From contig OZ024740.1 of assembly GCA_964016885.1 (NCBI GenBank), positions 222,270,001 through 222,334,000 of the forward strand: a DNA stretch of 64,000 nt. The letters are read 5' to 3'. The notes beneath the pieces are model-generated. The model saw only the letters and a program-made list of their open reading frames with translations, was not told the origin of the DNA and made no database searches. The translations under genes were made by a program, and so were the position numbers. Position 1 is the first letter of the stretch. The number at the start of each line of letters is the position of its first letter. The stretch is from Eledone cirrhosa. Lineage: Eukaryota. This document shows positions 1 to 15,828 of the stretch, piece by piece.

Positions 1-915
1 ATCCTCACACTACATCATCCGTACTACTTACCAGTATGCGAGAATTTGTAAATATGGAACGATTTGAACGTTTTAACAACAGATGACATGGCGGTCATCT
101 AAATTTTACTCAACTGACCATTGAAGCAAGATTTACTCAACTGATCATTGAAGCTAGAACTGGCACCGAAATCTACCTCAAATTAGACTGCATGGCGTGA
201 GAAAATAGGAGAGCTATATAACAGTGTGCCTGAGAGTAAAATGGAACGGTTTTGTATTGAAATGTCTTAGATCGATTGAAGCCAACCTCGACTGCAAAAC
301 GGCAGGAGCAACCAGACTAACAACAACAAACAACATCGAAATGATTTGTATCTCATTAAGGTATCTATTTCAAACAAGTTTGGAGTAAATTTCTTTGCAA
401 AGTAATTAGCGAAGTTTCCACTAGAAACCATCAATGTAAAGTAATAAAAGAATATTTCGTTTAGCTCGTCTAGATCTTGGAATCAAACAGCAGCATCTCT
501 CTAGTTAGGGTTGTGTTGTATAGCATTCGCTATTTTGTTACAATTTACTATCATACTGATTATATTATAGTATTTTTAAAATTCGCTGTTAGTTGCATAA
601 AACAACACTCAAAAGTTCTCGTAGTGTTCACTTTAAAGATTATATAAGCTCTGGTAATATAAGTCTAATTAGTACGCATCTGTATTGGCATAAAAGAAGC
701 GACTATCACGAAATTTTAATTAATCATAGATATACACAGCGAGGAAATAAAGTAAAAACTATAATTACTTAATGAAATCACGAAAAGTATACATTCACAC
801 TTACATATATGTATTTTATATCTGTACATGCATACTCATATATATCTCATATATATATATATTATTCAAAATATTAATAAATGAAAAATATTCTCATAAT
901 CAAAATATAATTTGT

Positions 916-948
<33 letters not shown>

Positions 949-949
949 C

Positions 950-1012
<63 letters not shown>

Positions 1013-1267
1013 AAATAAAGATCCGAAGGCATGGTATAAATTTCCAATCATTTTAATACATATATATGTATGTATATATAGTGAAAATGAAGAGAGATGA
1101 AAAGTAATTGAAATAATATCACATATATTACATATGTACGCACATTATAGGCGTGAAAAGTATAGGTGTGAATAGATATTTCCAGTTTAAAATGAAAGTA
1201 TATATGTATGTATATATATATGTGTGTGTGTGTGTATATATACATATATATATGTGTGTGTGTATGG

Positions 1268-1306
<39 letters not shown>

Positions 1307-1823
1307 TGTGTGTGTGTTTGTGTGTGTGCGTGTTTGTATGTGCGTGTGTATATGAGCGTGTAATCCTCTATGAATGTATATATATATATATATATATATA
1401 TTTACATACATATATGTGTGTGCAACCAACAGACATAGACAGACGCACGAAATACCTCACACGCATACATATATAAATATATATGTATGTATGTGTGTGC
1501 TTGTGTGCGTTTGTGTTTGTCTTAATGATCACACATTTTTTGTAGTTTCTTATTAGCAAATTAAAATGAAAATAATTAGGAAATGCTTTCGTCTTGTGAA
1601 AATAATTACATTCTTAATAAAGACTTTTCATAAATTCACACAAAGCAAAAACGTTTATCCAATATCATTCATTTCTTTTCACTAATACAGCACAATTAAA
1701 CATATATTAGCAATTTTCCACCAGATCTCTATTACTTTTGTTTAACCCCAGATTAAACCTGACTGAGCAGATCTATTATAAAAGGCATTCCATTTGTGAA
1801 TATCACGTCTGTTTATGCAGCAT

Positions 1824-1831
1824 TTCTTCTT

Positions 1832-1865
<34 letters not shown>

Positions 1866-2002
1866 ATTCCTGCGAGGGTCGTGGGGGCAGAGTCCTCAAG
1901 CACTCCTTCCAGCGGGTCCTGTCCGAAGCAACGGTCTCCAACTGATCTGACTGGTTCGCCAAGCGAGATCAGCCAAGCTCATTGATGTTATCCAACCAGC
2001 AC
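1824..2002 (-). mobile_element. 3' end of an RTE-type LINE with (GAA)n tail
   Basis: Minus strand reads WLDNINELG*SRL...ETVASDRTRWKECLRTLPPRPSQE*, resembling RTE ORF C-termini (W.D.I...A.DR..W). It is followed directly by a (GAA)n tail, seen as (CTT)n at 1824-1860. Confidence 0.6.
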
Positions 2003-2454
2003 TTGAAGAATATAATATTAACCAGCTTTAACTAGCAACAGCTTCTGATATTCTTGCTTTCATGTCGGTGAACTTGATACGTCTGAACTAAATCATGACA
2101 CAACACATCACTCGGGTTTGAACTCATGATCTTATTACCGGGAGTCCAATTGTGCAAACTAAATTCATTTTACTGAAACAGTGACATTAAAATGAGATTT
2201 CAGCATTCCAGTCATCAATGAATTCCTTAATTTTGTGTTATATGACGTAACACATCGTATCATCCCGTAACTCCCGAGGGAGCCATATGAGCGAGGTAAT
2301 GGCATGTGGCATATCTTGAGGATTTTGAGACTGACGGGGCGCATCCCATTCCAGGTTTGAACACAGTAGATTTCTTCCATAGAAGGATAGAAAGCGGGTG
2401 TCTGAGAGAGAGATATGGAGTGAGAGAAATATATAGCGGAGGAATCGACCTCCA

Positions 2455-2604
2455 GTACAAGACAGGTAGTTTTATTTATCGATCTCGAAAGTATGGAAGG
2501 CAAAGTTAATCTCGCAGGGATTTGAACCGAGAGAGCAAAGAGCCGGATTGAATACCACAAAGCATTCTTTCCGACGTTCTAACAACTCTGCCAATTCACC
2601 GCCT
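2455..2604 (-). mobile_element. old diverged copy of the main tRNA-derived SINE
   Basis: Degenerate match to the SINE core (GGCAAAGTTAA...GGGATTTGAAC) and head (CTGCCAATTCACCGCC). Confidence 0.65.
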
Positions 2605-3623
2605 TTATATGATCTATATGATATTGTAAATTCAGCTTTAATAAATTCACCTGTAGCTTTAGTTGCCTAGTTCTTTTGAATATTTGTTGTCTTCGGTGTT
2701 TGCATGATTAACTCTTACAAAACGCCGTTGTCGTATCCCTGCAACAAGCAAAATTGATGAGGATTTTGCTTTTCTCAATTCATTATCACTTCTAATTTAT
2801 TATCATTACTAATGAATTTGACAGCAGGGATAGATTAATTGCTTATCACAGTCATCTGACAAGTGCGTTGTTGCCTCATTGCACCAGATGGTGCACACAT
2901 TCCACTAAATTATTTACTCTTTATATTTTTTATATAGCATGTTATGAACAATAACGTTGTTGGTAACAGGTTTACTGCGGGCCAATCACTGGTTCACAGG
3001 ATTTACGATGCTAGAAAGACAACAGGTTGTTTGTGCAATATGAGGAGAACAGCTCGGAAAATATTGTTGTACGAAAGCAGCGGTTTATCACATTTTTCGG
3101 CAATATTTATACAGTTTTCGTCGATATAAATTGACGTAATTTACACAGAGACATACACACACACACACACATACAAGCATAATACATACATACATAAATA
3201 CATACATACACAGTTACATACACACATACATATATACATGCATACTTACATGTATATATACATTTACAAATCCTAACAGTTTACATTATATTATATTTTT
3301 AGAGTGTGGTAAATTTGCAGATTCTGTAGACTGTCGGAAAACGTTACAGTACTTGTGCCGGTTATGTGCACTCTCAGTGCCTTTCATCCTTGCAAGGTCG
3401 ATAAATCAAGTACCAGTCATGTACTAGGGTCTATATCATCAACTCTCCCCTCTTCGCAAATTTTCTGACCTTATAATTAGAAATCATTATAATGAAGCTC
3501 AACTTATAATACAAGTGAGCCAACTTCTGCAGCTTCATATGCAAACGAGATTAATCACCTCATTTACAAAGACGAGAAAAGTATATACTCTCGACTGTTT
3601 TCAAGTCCAGCAGTCGCAAGAGT

Positions 3624-3679
3624 GGGAGAGATCGTCCTGATGACACCAGTTAAGTTCGAAATGCATCGACGATTATCCC
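3624..3679 (+). ncRNA. minimal type I hammerhead ribozyme motif (degenerate helix II)
   Basis: Reads GGGAGAGATCGTC-CTGATGA-CACCAGTTAAGTTC-GAAA-TGCA-TC-GACGATTATCCC. Helix I ATCGTC/GACGAT is perfect, helix III is palindromic (ATGCAT) and the cleavage triplet is AUC. Confidence 0.7.
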
Positions 3680-3847
3680 CTTTGCTTCTGCTGAACGCCA
3701 CCAGAGAGCGATAGCCCCCGGTGTTTTATTGTACAGCCACGGTTTCATAAATGTTTGTATATAAACATACCGTGTTTCTTTAGAAATACGAAATTCCAAT
3801 ATATATCTGTATGCAGCTATGCCTGAAGCTAAATCCTAATTCTCTCC

Positions 3848-5522
<1,675 letters not shown>

Positions 5523-5530
5523 TTATTTAT

Positions 5531-5595
<65 letters not shown>

Positions 5596-5899
5596 ACAGT
5601 ATCCAGAATTATAAACGGAAAACGCAACCTAGTGCTGTTTTTGAAAAGTATCTTATCTTAAGTAAAACTATCGAGAAAGCATTAGTTTGTTTTCGTTCGC
5701 TGCCGCAATTTATTTAATGAACGCAATGCAGACATGTCTACCGGCTGTTGGTGTATTTTAATTTTTATTCCTGACCATATACCTTGTCGCAATGCCTAAA
5801 GTTACTGACAAGACGAAATAACTGAAAAACATTAAACAGTGAAAATTTTAATATCATGAAGAAAATAGAATGAAGTACAACATAAAAGTGTGTTAATGA

Positions 5900-7130
5900 T
5901 AGAGTATAACATCGGATCGTTTACTTTAGACGACATTAAAACTCAAAACAAAAGCGTTTATGACATTTTCTGTGCCTAACAATAAAATAGCTAATAGGAA
6001 CCGTATGTATAAACCAAAAAGTGTAAATTTAGACAAAATATTCCTCGGGTGATGTTTTTTATTGAAGCCATTGAGGATGATAGCTATAGCTGGGTTAATG
6101 ATTTTAACCAAAGCTAAAGATTTTAAAGAGAAAATCGATTTTGAGAGCTCAATTGATTTCCTGGATTATTGGTTGACCAGATTTAAGATAAGGTATTGAA
6201 TAATAAATTTATCATTTCTCGCGAAAATTTTTAGCAGGCTCAAAAGTGGTAATAGTTTCCACAGCAACATTTGCAGTTGAGCTTGTCAAGGAACATAATC
6301 TTATTTCTGATAAAATTGATAGAAACACCTGAAATATTATTGCTTTTTACTGGGAATGTTTACCGACAAAATCATTGGCAATTTCATGTGAAACAAGTAA
6401 TAAAGGGTTTAAGTATAATTAACAAGCATCTGGCCAACTTCGGATAAAATGTTTAGTGATTGCTATGTTCCGTTGTCCTAAAGCGCGAAAAGTAATATTT
6501 GATAGAATCGTCTGTTTCGTCGATGAGCTCAACTGAATGAACGACTTGTGAATTAAATTGTAAGTCGTTGAGTATTCTTCAGACATGTGTACTTTTAACA
6601 TAATTGCCAGACTGAATGTTTAAAATATAAGTATAATCCATCAGATGGGCTTCAACATGACTTCTGTCTGTACAATTTCATTCGGAATACTTGGTTCGAC
6701 ACGAGGATATGATAAAGGTATAACGATATTTGCAGTGGGGATGACTCCGAGATATCAGGATTTCAAAACGAAGTTCTTAACCACACAACCTTCCCTGCAT
6801 CTACTCTCATATAAGATACTGATGAATGCATGGCTGGATAGAAATATCCTTTCAAAATAGGTTCACCCACTAAATTGTACTTGCAATTTGCTCTAATTTG
6901 CTTGAGTCTCAGATTTACGTTAGTCTCAGATTATGAGAATATATTATTTACAATGCAACGTCACTTCTGTCATAAACCATGAACCAGGAAGTTATCCAGA
7001 CTTTTAAAGGCCACTATGAATATGATTTTATAAAACAATTAATCAATAGTGTCGTTCATCTGATATTCCATAGACTTCTTTTAAAGCTTATACAAATAGC
7101 AAGCATTTGGCCTATATCCAAGTTTGGCGA
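5900..7130 (+). mobile_element. degraded Tigger/pogo-type (CENP-B HTH + DDE_1) DNA transposon
   Basis: Motif remnants occur in the expected order: WLTRFKIR (~6170), FYWECLPTKSL (~6345), NAWLDRNI (~6825) and NATSLL..MNQEVIQTFKGHY (~6952-7017). They are broken by stops and frameshifts. Confidence 0.7.
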
Positions 7131-8617
7131 TTTAATTCCCTGATATTGAAAACGAAAGGGATTTTGTGGTTTAATATTAGACATGGGCAAAATAAATAAT
7201 GTATGCAGTACAAATAATATCTATAGAAAATCCAGGATAAAGATATCGCTGATTGGATTTCAGTTGACAAAGATATTGAAATAACCACAGCCTTTTCAGA
7301 ACTGAAGTTTATCGACAATATGCATAATACTGCACATTGAGAGGCAACAATAAATTCTAGAGAAGATGATAGAACAGAAACGGATGAACAGATATTATGG
7401 CTGAAAACTCAACCATATACGATTCTTTCTTATTGCTAACAGACACAAATTCGCGAAACAAAGCGATGCTCGAAAATATTCAATGAAATTCATTGACGAA
7501 GATAAATTTACAGATAAAAGACTGACCACATTCAAGGTATTGACTTGCATTCTGTAGAGCTATTCACCGGAATGTCTTTTTCGTACGCCAAAACAGGACG
7601 AGAGAAAAGTGTCATATGAAGAAAGACCAAAAGGGTGTAATGGCTGATGCAAATGGTGTCGCGGGCTGTCCTCCGCGGCAATGTTTTCGTAATTTTGTCC
7701 ATGGGAGACGATTGAAATATGCGGTACTGACAAGATTTTAGAGTTTTTCTCTTCTTCATTTCTACCATTTTCCATTTTCAGTATTCTTTTATTCTTTTTC
7801 TTCCCCCTTTTCTCATTTTGATATTATAAATACATTTCAAATAAAACTCCTTTATAAGATCAAACTTTTGATAATGCCCAAAGATTTTTTTTCTTTTATT
7901 TGAAAATGTTTCTTAAACCTTAAAATAGTTATCTTACGTATTTCCTTATCCACTAATCAGCGTATTAATTTTCTTTTATGAAGAGCCGCATTGAAGAACC
8001 TTAGTCATGGATATTGACCCCACGTATATTTTATGTCTGAAACTTGTTAATCGTTATTTATGAACACCTTATGTTAATGGACGTAAACAAACAGCAACTT
8101 AAAAGAAGATGCAGTGACATATACACATGCTCAAATGCATACATGCATACATACATACCTACATTCGTGCATACATACATCTCCATATATACATATAAAT
8201 GCATATATTATTATACATATATACATACCCACTATATGTCTATATATAATAAACATACATATGTCGCTCTATAGGTTTTAATCGATGGTCATATTACATC
8301 TACCCCAGTAACCTTGCGAGATCGCGAAACACTAGTATTTCAGGATTTATATCTATCTTCAGTCAGCTTTACCCATGTATTAGTGAAGCAAAATAAGATA
8401 TAGCTTATATAGATTCTGCAGATAATACATCTAAGGAGATGCAAATGAGAGTAAACTTCTTTATAACACATCCATGTTTGCACACTTCTAAATATGTCTT
8501 ACATTGTTAGTGCTGGTCAGTTTGATGCAATATGATATACGATTTCAGTATCTTTAATATTACCAATATAATTGATTGTTTTCTAAGTCAACCATTGCCA
8601 AATTTTGTATCATTATT

Positions 8618-9620
8618 GTGGATTGGCAGTATCGGTAGAGGGTCGGGTGTCATGCTTTGAAGCATAGAGTTACCTCCATTTATGATCTGAGTTCAAATCC
8701 CGCCGAGGTTAACTTTGCCTTTCATCCTTACGGGGTCGATAAAATAAAGTACCAGTAATTGCTGGCCTGGTGCCAAAAGTAGAAACAATTATTATAGGTA
8801 AATTGGCAGTATCGGTAGTGGGTCGGACAGCAGGCTTTCCAGCAGAGTTACGTTCTTTACGGTCTAGCTCAAATCCCGTCGAGGTTAACTTTGCCTTTCA
8901 TCCTTACAGGGTCGATAAAATAAAGTACCAGTAATGCACTGAGTAATTGCTGGCCTTGTGCCAAATGTAGAAACAATTATTATATTGGCAGTATCGGTAG
9001 AGGTTCGGCGCCATGCTTTGTAGCACAGAGTTACGTCCCTTTACGGTCTGAGTTAAAATCCTGCCGAGGTTAACTTTTGCATTTCATCCTTACGGGGTCG
9101 ATAAAATAAGTTACCACTGGGGTAATTCCTGGCCTTGTGCCAAAAAATAGAAACAATTATTATATATATACCTCGGTGGGGTTCTGATTATTTCAAATCC
9201 GTCGAAGTTCGCTTTGCCTTTCATCCTTGCGGGGTCGATAAAATAATTGTTTCTACTTTAGGCACAAGGCCAGCAATTACCCAGTGCATTACTGGTACTT
9301 TATTTTATCGACGCCGTAAGGATGAAAGGCAAAGTCAACTTCGGCGGGATTTGAACTCAGATCGTAAAGGGACGTAACTATGCTGGAAAGCATGGCGCCC
9401 GACCCTCTACCGATACTGCCAATCAATGCACCTATAATGCACCGGGTTTGATTTAATCATCTTTCCCGTCTGTTGGCCTTGTGGCTAAATCAGAAATCAT
9501 TATTATTTATCCCGCCGAGGTTAACTTTGCCTTTCATCCTTACGGGGGCGATAACATAAAGTACCAGTAATGCACTGGCTAATTGCCGGCCTTGTGCCTA
9601 AAGTAGAAACAATTATTATT
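8618..9620. mobile_element. cluster of about 6 copies or fragments of the main tRNA-derived SINE (8618-8793 +, 8797-8982 +, 8984-9161 +, 9193-9245 +, 9242-9424 -, 9510-9620 +)
   Basis: Shows an A-box-like TGGCAGTATCGGTAGAG, a B-box GAGTTCAAATCC, the core CCGAGGTTAACTTTGCCTTTCATCCTTACGGGGTCGATAAAATAAAGTACC and the tail GGCCTTGTGCCAAAAGTAGAAACA(ATT)n. Confidence 0.9.
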
Positions 9621-10913
9621 TATCTACCAAACACACTGCTTCCGTAGTTTTCAAGTCAAGCAGAGGACCTCAATTCGATATATCTGCCACTTATTTCCCA
9701 AACCAAACCAAATTCGAGAGAGTGAAGAAAAATACGATGCTGCTTTGGGCGTGTTAAGGAAGATATAAAGTAGGGAGCTGGTTTATATTGAATGAGTTGA
9801 CGCCGATACAATCATCGATATAACGACTCTGCGGCTCAGTGGTGTAGCCATTAAACTGAAGACAGGTTGGTACGCCAGTGAGCTAATCGTATAACACCAT
9901 GTAGGAGAAAGTGTGACCGAGTTCAGTGAAGCGTTGCAAAGAGTGAGTCATGCTCAGGTGTTGTGTGACGGTAATAGTTAATAGCCTATCATAATGCGGA
10001 TGGCATTTTAAAGGGATTTCATGTTGTATTTAACATATTCACGATTCTCTATGTTTACAATATTCTTTATTGAGAAGATAATAATCAGCTTAGCCAGGAT
10101 AAAGATGCATTCAGACAAATATAGGGAATAAGGGTCCTTTTCTAATTTCAATGTTTATAATATGATCTTTTTGCATATAAAGTAACTATGTATAATATAT
10201 CAGCCAAAGCAGAACATTTTCATTACCTCCTTTGTTATAGAAACTATTTAACTAAATTTAACTAGATAATTTTCATTAAATAGAAGAAAACCGCATTTGA
10301 TATTTTAGATAGATTTATTTTTATTATGCCTTTATCATTTCACCACTTATTTTACTGTCTTTCCCTTTTCTTTCCATATTTCATATGTATCTTCAGTATC
10401 TTCAATATAATTACATACTTATATCATCACCTCGTTTATTCTCAATAGATCTTCCGATCAAAGCGAGACACTTATATGACTAACATCTAAACAATATTTA
10501 CCAGAAACGATATCACGTATTCTGAGGGTATCATAAAATTATGAGATTTGATATGTTTGAGATTTTGAATGGCGTTATCTTTTATGAAAGGAAGTCTTGT
10601 ACAACCGGTGTGGGTTCGAGAACAAAGACTGGTGCATGATAAGAACATGTGAGATGAGTTGCTGTTATGAGGGAGCGATGAAGTGATCAGACTTGAACAA
10701 TGACGATAGTGGCACATAAATGTGTTTGGAAGAGTTGCTGTATATTGGTGGATACAAGAATGCTAACTGGCCCAAGCACTTTGGAATAGCAAAGAATTTG
10801 TCCTGTGAGCACAATTTAGAAAGAGTATGGGAACCAAGAAATATTCTGTGTATTGAATATATGAACTCGTCGAGGACGAAGAATTCAGAGAGAAGAGCTG
10901 CGATAACCAACAC

Positions 10914-11064
10914 CAGTTGTTCCCAATTTTTTTCATAATCAAGGTACTTCTATATTTAAATTATTTTCCCCATAGGTTTGTCTAATGAACAAGCTCACGG
11001 ATTCCCAGTACTAACGTTTCACATCCCCCAGGGGAGTCTTCGGAACACATGTTGGGAACCGCTG
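10914..11064. mobile_element. possible hAT (Charlie-like) MITE
   Basis: Terminal inverted repeats CAGTTGTTCCCAA ... TTGGGAACCGCTG. No clear target-site duplication. Confidence 0.45.
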
Positions 11065-11479
11065 AACATCGCATTATATCACACATTAAAAAATGTTCAA
11101 TAAATTAAGAACAAAAACAAAATCTACAACAAAAACAAAATCTACGAGGAGTTCAGAGGCAGCTTCATTTTTAGTTGCAGTAACATTTTAGTATCGGCAA
11201 CTTTAAACACTGTTTATATTTACCCTCAGTTCATCCCTTATAAAACAGATCTATGGTCAAAGGCATTTCAGGATTGAACATCCTATATGTTTTTGCAGGA
11301 AGAACCATGGGATCACATTTATAGGAGATTAGTGCCAGCTGTGGCTGGTTATTCCCAGGTAATCATTGATCCAGCAGAACTAAGATCAAATATATTCTCG
11401 AGCCCGAAGGCTTATATGACCGGTACTTATCCCGGTTTCCGTGGCGTAAAGTGACTGAGAATACAAGAATCCTCACCGT

Positions 11480-12240
11480 TAAAGCCCCAGCTGGAGCAAC
11501 GTGAAATGCCGTGTCTTTTCTCAAGAACACAACCCAGTCATGGAATCGAACTCACGTCATTTTTTGCAGATCAAATGACTACTCAGATGGTCCCACATCG
11601 GCCGGCTAGCAAGCGTGGCAGGTGGGTGTTGAACGTCAGTCGGTCCCGACGACTAGCGTTCCAGTTAATTGATCTAATAAATAACTTGGTTGTGAAATTA
11701 ACATGCAAGTGGTTGGACATAGACACGAGTAAACTTGACGTAATTCTCAGAAGATGCAACGCAACACTGTATATGACTAGACAGGCCTTTTGTATTACAG
11801 GTACAAACCATATTTGCCAGTTGGAAAGACTGGAGCAGCATAAAATAGAGAGCCTAGCTGAAAAACACAACACGTCACCAGAAATCGAACTCACGCCGTT
11901 AACGAAACATCCTAATCACTTGGTTTGGCACTCCGTCGGTTACGACGACCAATGTTCCAGTTAATACAATCAACGGAACAGCCTGCTCGTGAAATTAAAT
12001 AGTCACGAGTACTCATGACATAATTCTCAGGAGGATGCAGCACGGCATACTGTGTGACAAGACATGTACTGAATTACATTGAATTATATGGACAACTCAT
12101 TTTTTGCCAGCTTGGTTGACTGCAGCAACATAAAATAGAATGCCTTGCTGAAAAAAACACAACACGCCGCCAAAATTCGAACTCACGCCCTTACGATCGT
12201 CAACCAAATATCCTAACCACTAAGCCACAGGCATTCACAG
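11480..12240 (-). mobile_element. tandem diverged copies of a second SINE family
   Basis: Two related ~320-bp copies (about 11600-11920 and 11920-12240) share TTCCAGTTAAT..GTGAAATTAA..CTGGAGCA..AAAACACAACACG..ATCGAACTCACG (B box on the minus strand). A third head fragment lies at 11480-11560. Confidence 0.6.
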
Positions 12241-12432
12241 CAGCAGTGAATGCGTTAGTGAAAAGAATAAAACGTTATATAGCAGTAATAGCTGTAATTG
12301 TGATACATATGTGTTAGCAGCAGTTACATTAGATACAGCAGATGTTTGTAACTGCGCAACTTGTAGTAGTATTACCAGGAGTTGCAGCAGTTGAACCATT
12401 CATATTTCTAGTGCCAGCAACAGTTTTAATGA

Positions 12433-12465
<33 letters not shown>

Positions 12466-12611
12466 CTGCAGCAGCAGTAGCTTTTAGTAGAAGTTGCAAC
12501 GGCAGCAGCCAGCAAAAGTCGTCGTCGTCGTCGTCATCGTCGTCGTCGTAGTAGTAGTCGTAGAAGTGGTGGTTGTGATGTTAGTGGTGGTGGTGGTTGT
12601 TATTATTATTA

Positions 12612-12870
12612 TCGGTAGAGGGTCGGACGCCATGCTTTGAAGCATAGAGTTACGGCCATTTACGGTTTGAGTTCAAATCCAGCCGCAGTTAACTTTGCCT
12701 TTCATCCTTACGGGCTCGATAAAAAAAGTACCAGTAATGCACTGGGATAATTGCTGGCCTTGTCGCCGAGGTTAACTTTGCCTTTCATCCTTACGGGGTC
12801 GATAAAATAAAGTACCAGTAATGCACTGGTAATTGCTGGCCTTGTGCCAAAAAGTAGAAACAATTATTAT
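12612..12870 (+). mobile_element. main SINE with internal duplication of core and tail
   Basis: The core CCTTTCATCCTTACGGG occurs twice. The element ends in AGAAACAATTATTATT. Confidence 0.85.
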
Positions 12871-14919
12871 TAGTAGTAGTAGAATTAGTAATAGCAGCAG
12901 CTATTGTTGTTGTTGTGGTTCTTTTTCTTAACCCCAGGTAAATTCTGATCGAGCAGACATATAATCAAATGGATGCTAGCTGTAATCATGCTGTACAACT
13001 ACATTATCTAAAGTGTTTTTTTTTCAAGGCGATAGGATATTCTTTCATGATTTGTTTGCTATTTCTAGCAGGTCGAGTAACTCCATAACAGCCTATAGTA
13101 GTTCACATTGGTGGCTATATTTGCTCTATGTTACCCCCAGGTTAGTCCTAACCAGGCTGACCTGTGATCTGAGACGTCGCAGCATGAACATTTCACATGA
13201 TTTTGCTAGATATATTCTTTATATGTTCAGTTTTAAAACAGTGAGGTATGATTCTAGCAAGTCAAGCGACCACCTAGAGTCTTCCCCGTTAACTTTAGCA
13301 GCAGCAGTACTTGTTGTTGTTTACCCTCTGATTAACTGTTATCGCATGGAACTATGGTCAAAGGTATTCTAACGTGACTGTCCTTTCTTTTTTGTTCACA
13401 TACGGCTCCACTAAGAGTTGAAATCTCAAGAAAGGAGGGATAACTAAAACTACATAGTCAAACGTCCTTTCTAGAAGTTAAAATGACCACGTAAAAGCTT
13501 CGTCTTTGGTTCCTAGCAGCAGTGGTTGTTATTTGTGTTGTCGCCGTCGTCGTCATAGTCATTGTTATTGTCATCACTATTGCCGTCGTTGTTATTTCCG
13601 TCGATGTTGTTGTAGCTATTGTTATTTAACTCCTAATAAACTTTGATAGAGCATACCTATAATCTATGGAATAGAGCTATGACCAACCTGTAACAAGGTC
13701 TACATTATACATTAATAAGACGATAGGGTGTGGTTTAAAGGAGACGTAGGTGCTACTGTTAGGGGATTGAGAAACCACGTTAGGTGAAAGTGGTATTTGC
13801 AGTGGGTGAAACAATAGTAATGAATTTGCAGAGTCTGAAATCTGAGTTCGAATCACACGGGGGTCAACTTCGTCTTCCATCATGTTAAGGCCGATAAAAT
13901 AAAGTACCTCACTAGAGTGGTAAATTGGTAGAATTGTAAATGTCGAACGATATGTTTTATGGTATTTGTTCAGCTTCTTTGCGAACTGAGTTGAAATTTA
14001 GCTGTTGTCTAAATGGGTAGTAGACTTCACCAGTTGTTCAGTTCAACGCCACCATCTGACCCTTGGGTGTATTTCGGAGAGTTCTCTCTGTGGTAAATAT
14101 TTTAACAAGCTGGTCTATTTAAAGATAGCTTCTTGCACCCCACTCCTTTCCGCACCGGTCTGAGAGCTCTTAGAATTTTCAGGAGATCAACCCTTCTCTT
14201 CCCTTTCCGACTAAAACATTAAAAAAATATTACCAGCACGTGATAGCAACATTATCAGTGAACGCAACCATAGGGAGGGCAGCCAGACTAACAAATCAAT
14301 AACAAAATATTGCTTTTACGCCTATTATTCATTTTTCCCCATGAAAAGATTCAATTTCTGTTCTTTACAAACAATATTGCCATCAATTTAGATTTACTTT
14401 GGTGCTACACAGTACAGTAATTTTATATATTTTTTCTCTTTCTTTCAAACCATGATTTTTCAGTTAAGTGGATATAGCTTCTGTGATTCAAACCTTTAAT
14501 CAAAACACAGTGGCAAGGCGTGCATTTGCATCAGACCCCTGGATCCCTCCACGCCTACATTTCCCCTTTAGTTGTTGAAATCGGGCTTTGATTGTATCAA
14601 ATTCCTTAGTCCGAGATGATCTACAATGGTCGTGGAATCTGCCCATCCTCCCCTTTCTCTGATTATCTTTTGAAGAAAAGAAAAAAAAAAAACGAACAAA
14701 AAAACAAAAACAACACTAAAACCAAACTTCATAAATCTTTAACTATAGGATAGCGAATTAGCAGAGTCGTTTAAACGTCCGATAGAATGCTATACGCTAT
14801 TCCTTCCAGCTCTGCTCTCTGCGCGCTAAGTTCAAATTCTGACTCGGTCATCTTTGCCTATCATTCCTTCTGGGCTGAAAAAATACTAGTCCTGTTTTGG
14901 GTCAATGTTACTCCCACTT

Positions 14920-15023
<104 letters not shown>

Positions 15024-15244
15024 TTGTTCTTTCTTTCTCTCTCTTTCATTATGAAGACGAAATCGGCTTTGATCAGACACGTTGAGGAATGAGTTCCTCC
15101 GCGTTTAAAATGGCCAATATCATGATGGCGTCTCTACCTCAGACTCAAACGTTAAGTGCTTAAACAATTTAAACACATTGTAACTCACAACACCTTTTCG
15201 TAAAATAAGAAGAATCAGAAAAAGTAGTTTAACTAATCATATAG

Positions 15245-15465
15245 GGCGGTGGGTTGGCAGTATCGGTAGAGCACCGGACACCCTACTTTGCAGCATAGAG
15301 TTACAGTACTTTACGATCTACTTTCAAATCCCGCCGAGGTTAACTTTGCCTTTCATCCTTAAGGGGGTCGATAAAATAAAGCACCAGTAACTCACTGGGG
15401 TCGATTTAATCGACTTTCCCATCCTCCAGAATTACTGGCCTTGTGCCTATACTAGAAACAATTAT
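15245..15465 (+). mobile_element. main SINE, full length
   Basis: GGCGGTGGGTTGGCAGTATCGGTAGAG head, core and tail are all present. Confidence 0.85.
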
Positions 15466-15828
15466 TTTCTCTCGCTATCTCCTTTTCAAGATGTAATCTG
15501 CTATGTTGTGAGGTGTGCGCTTCATTAGATGTCAAATGCTTACGAAACGCCGCTTGCCAGAGTGGTGCCATTAGAACATAAAGGTTCCTTACTTACTACA
15601 ACCTGTAACACATCACGAGTGGCTTTAAGTATGCGTGAAAATAAGTGAGTTTTTCTGCGTATAATTGAGCCGGTATGCGTGCTCGTAAGGGAGCTAGTGT
15701 GTGTGAGTGTAAATGTTTGGGCATGCGTGACGGAAAGCAGTCATAGATCAAAGGGGAAACTAGCTGTGCTGCAGCTCGAGGCTCACATAATATTTAAAAG
15801 GACACAAAATAATAATTTTGCAACCGTA

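Noticed and set aside
8618-9424. tRNA genes suggested by A and B boxes
   Set aside because: No cloverleaf forms, and the boxes run into the SINE core and tail.
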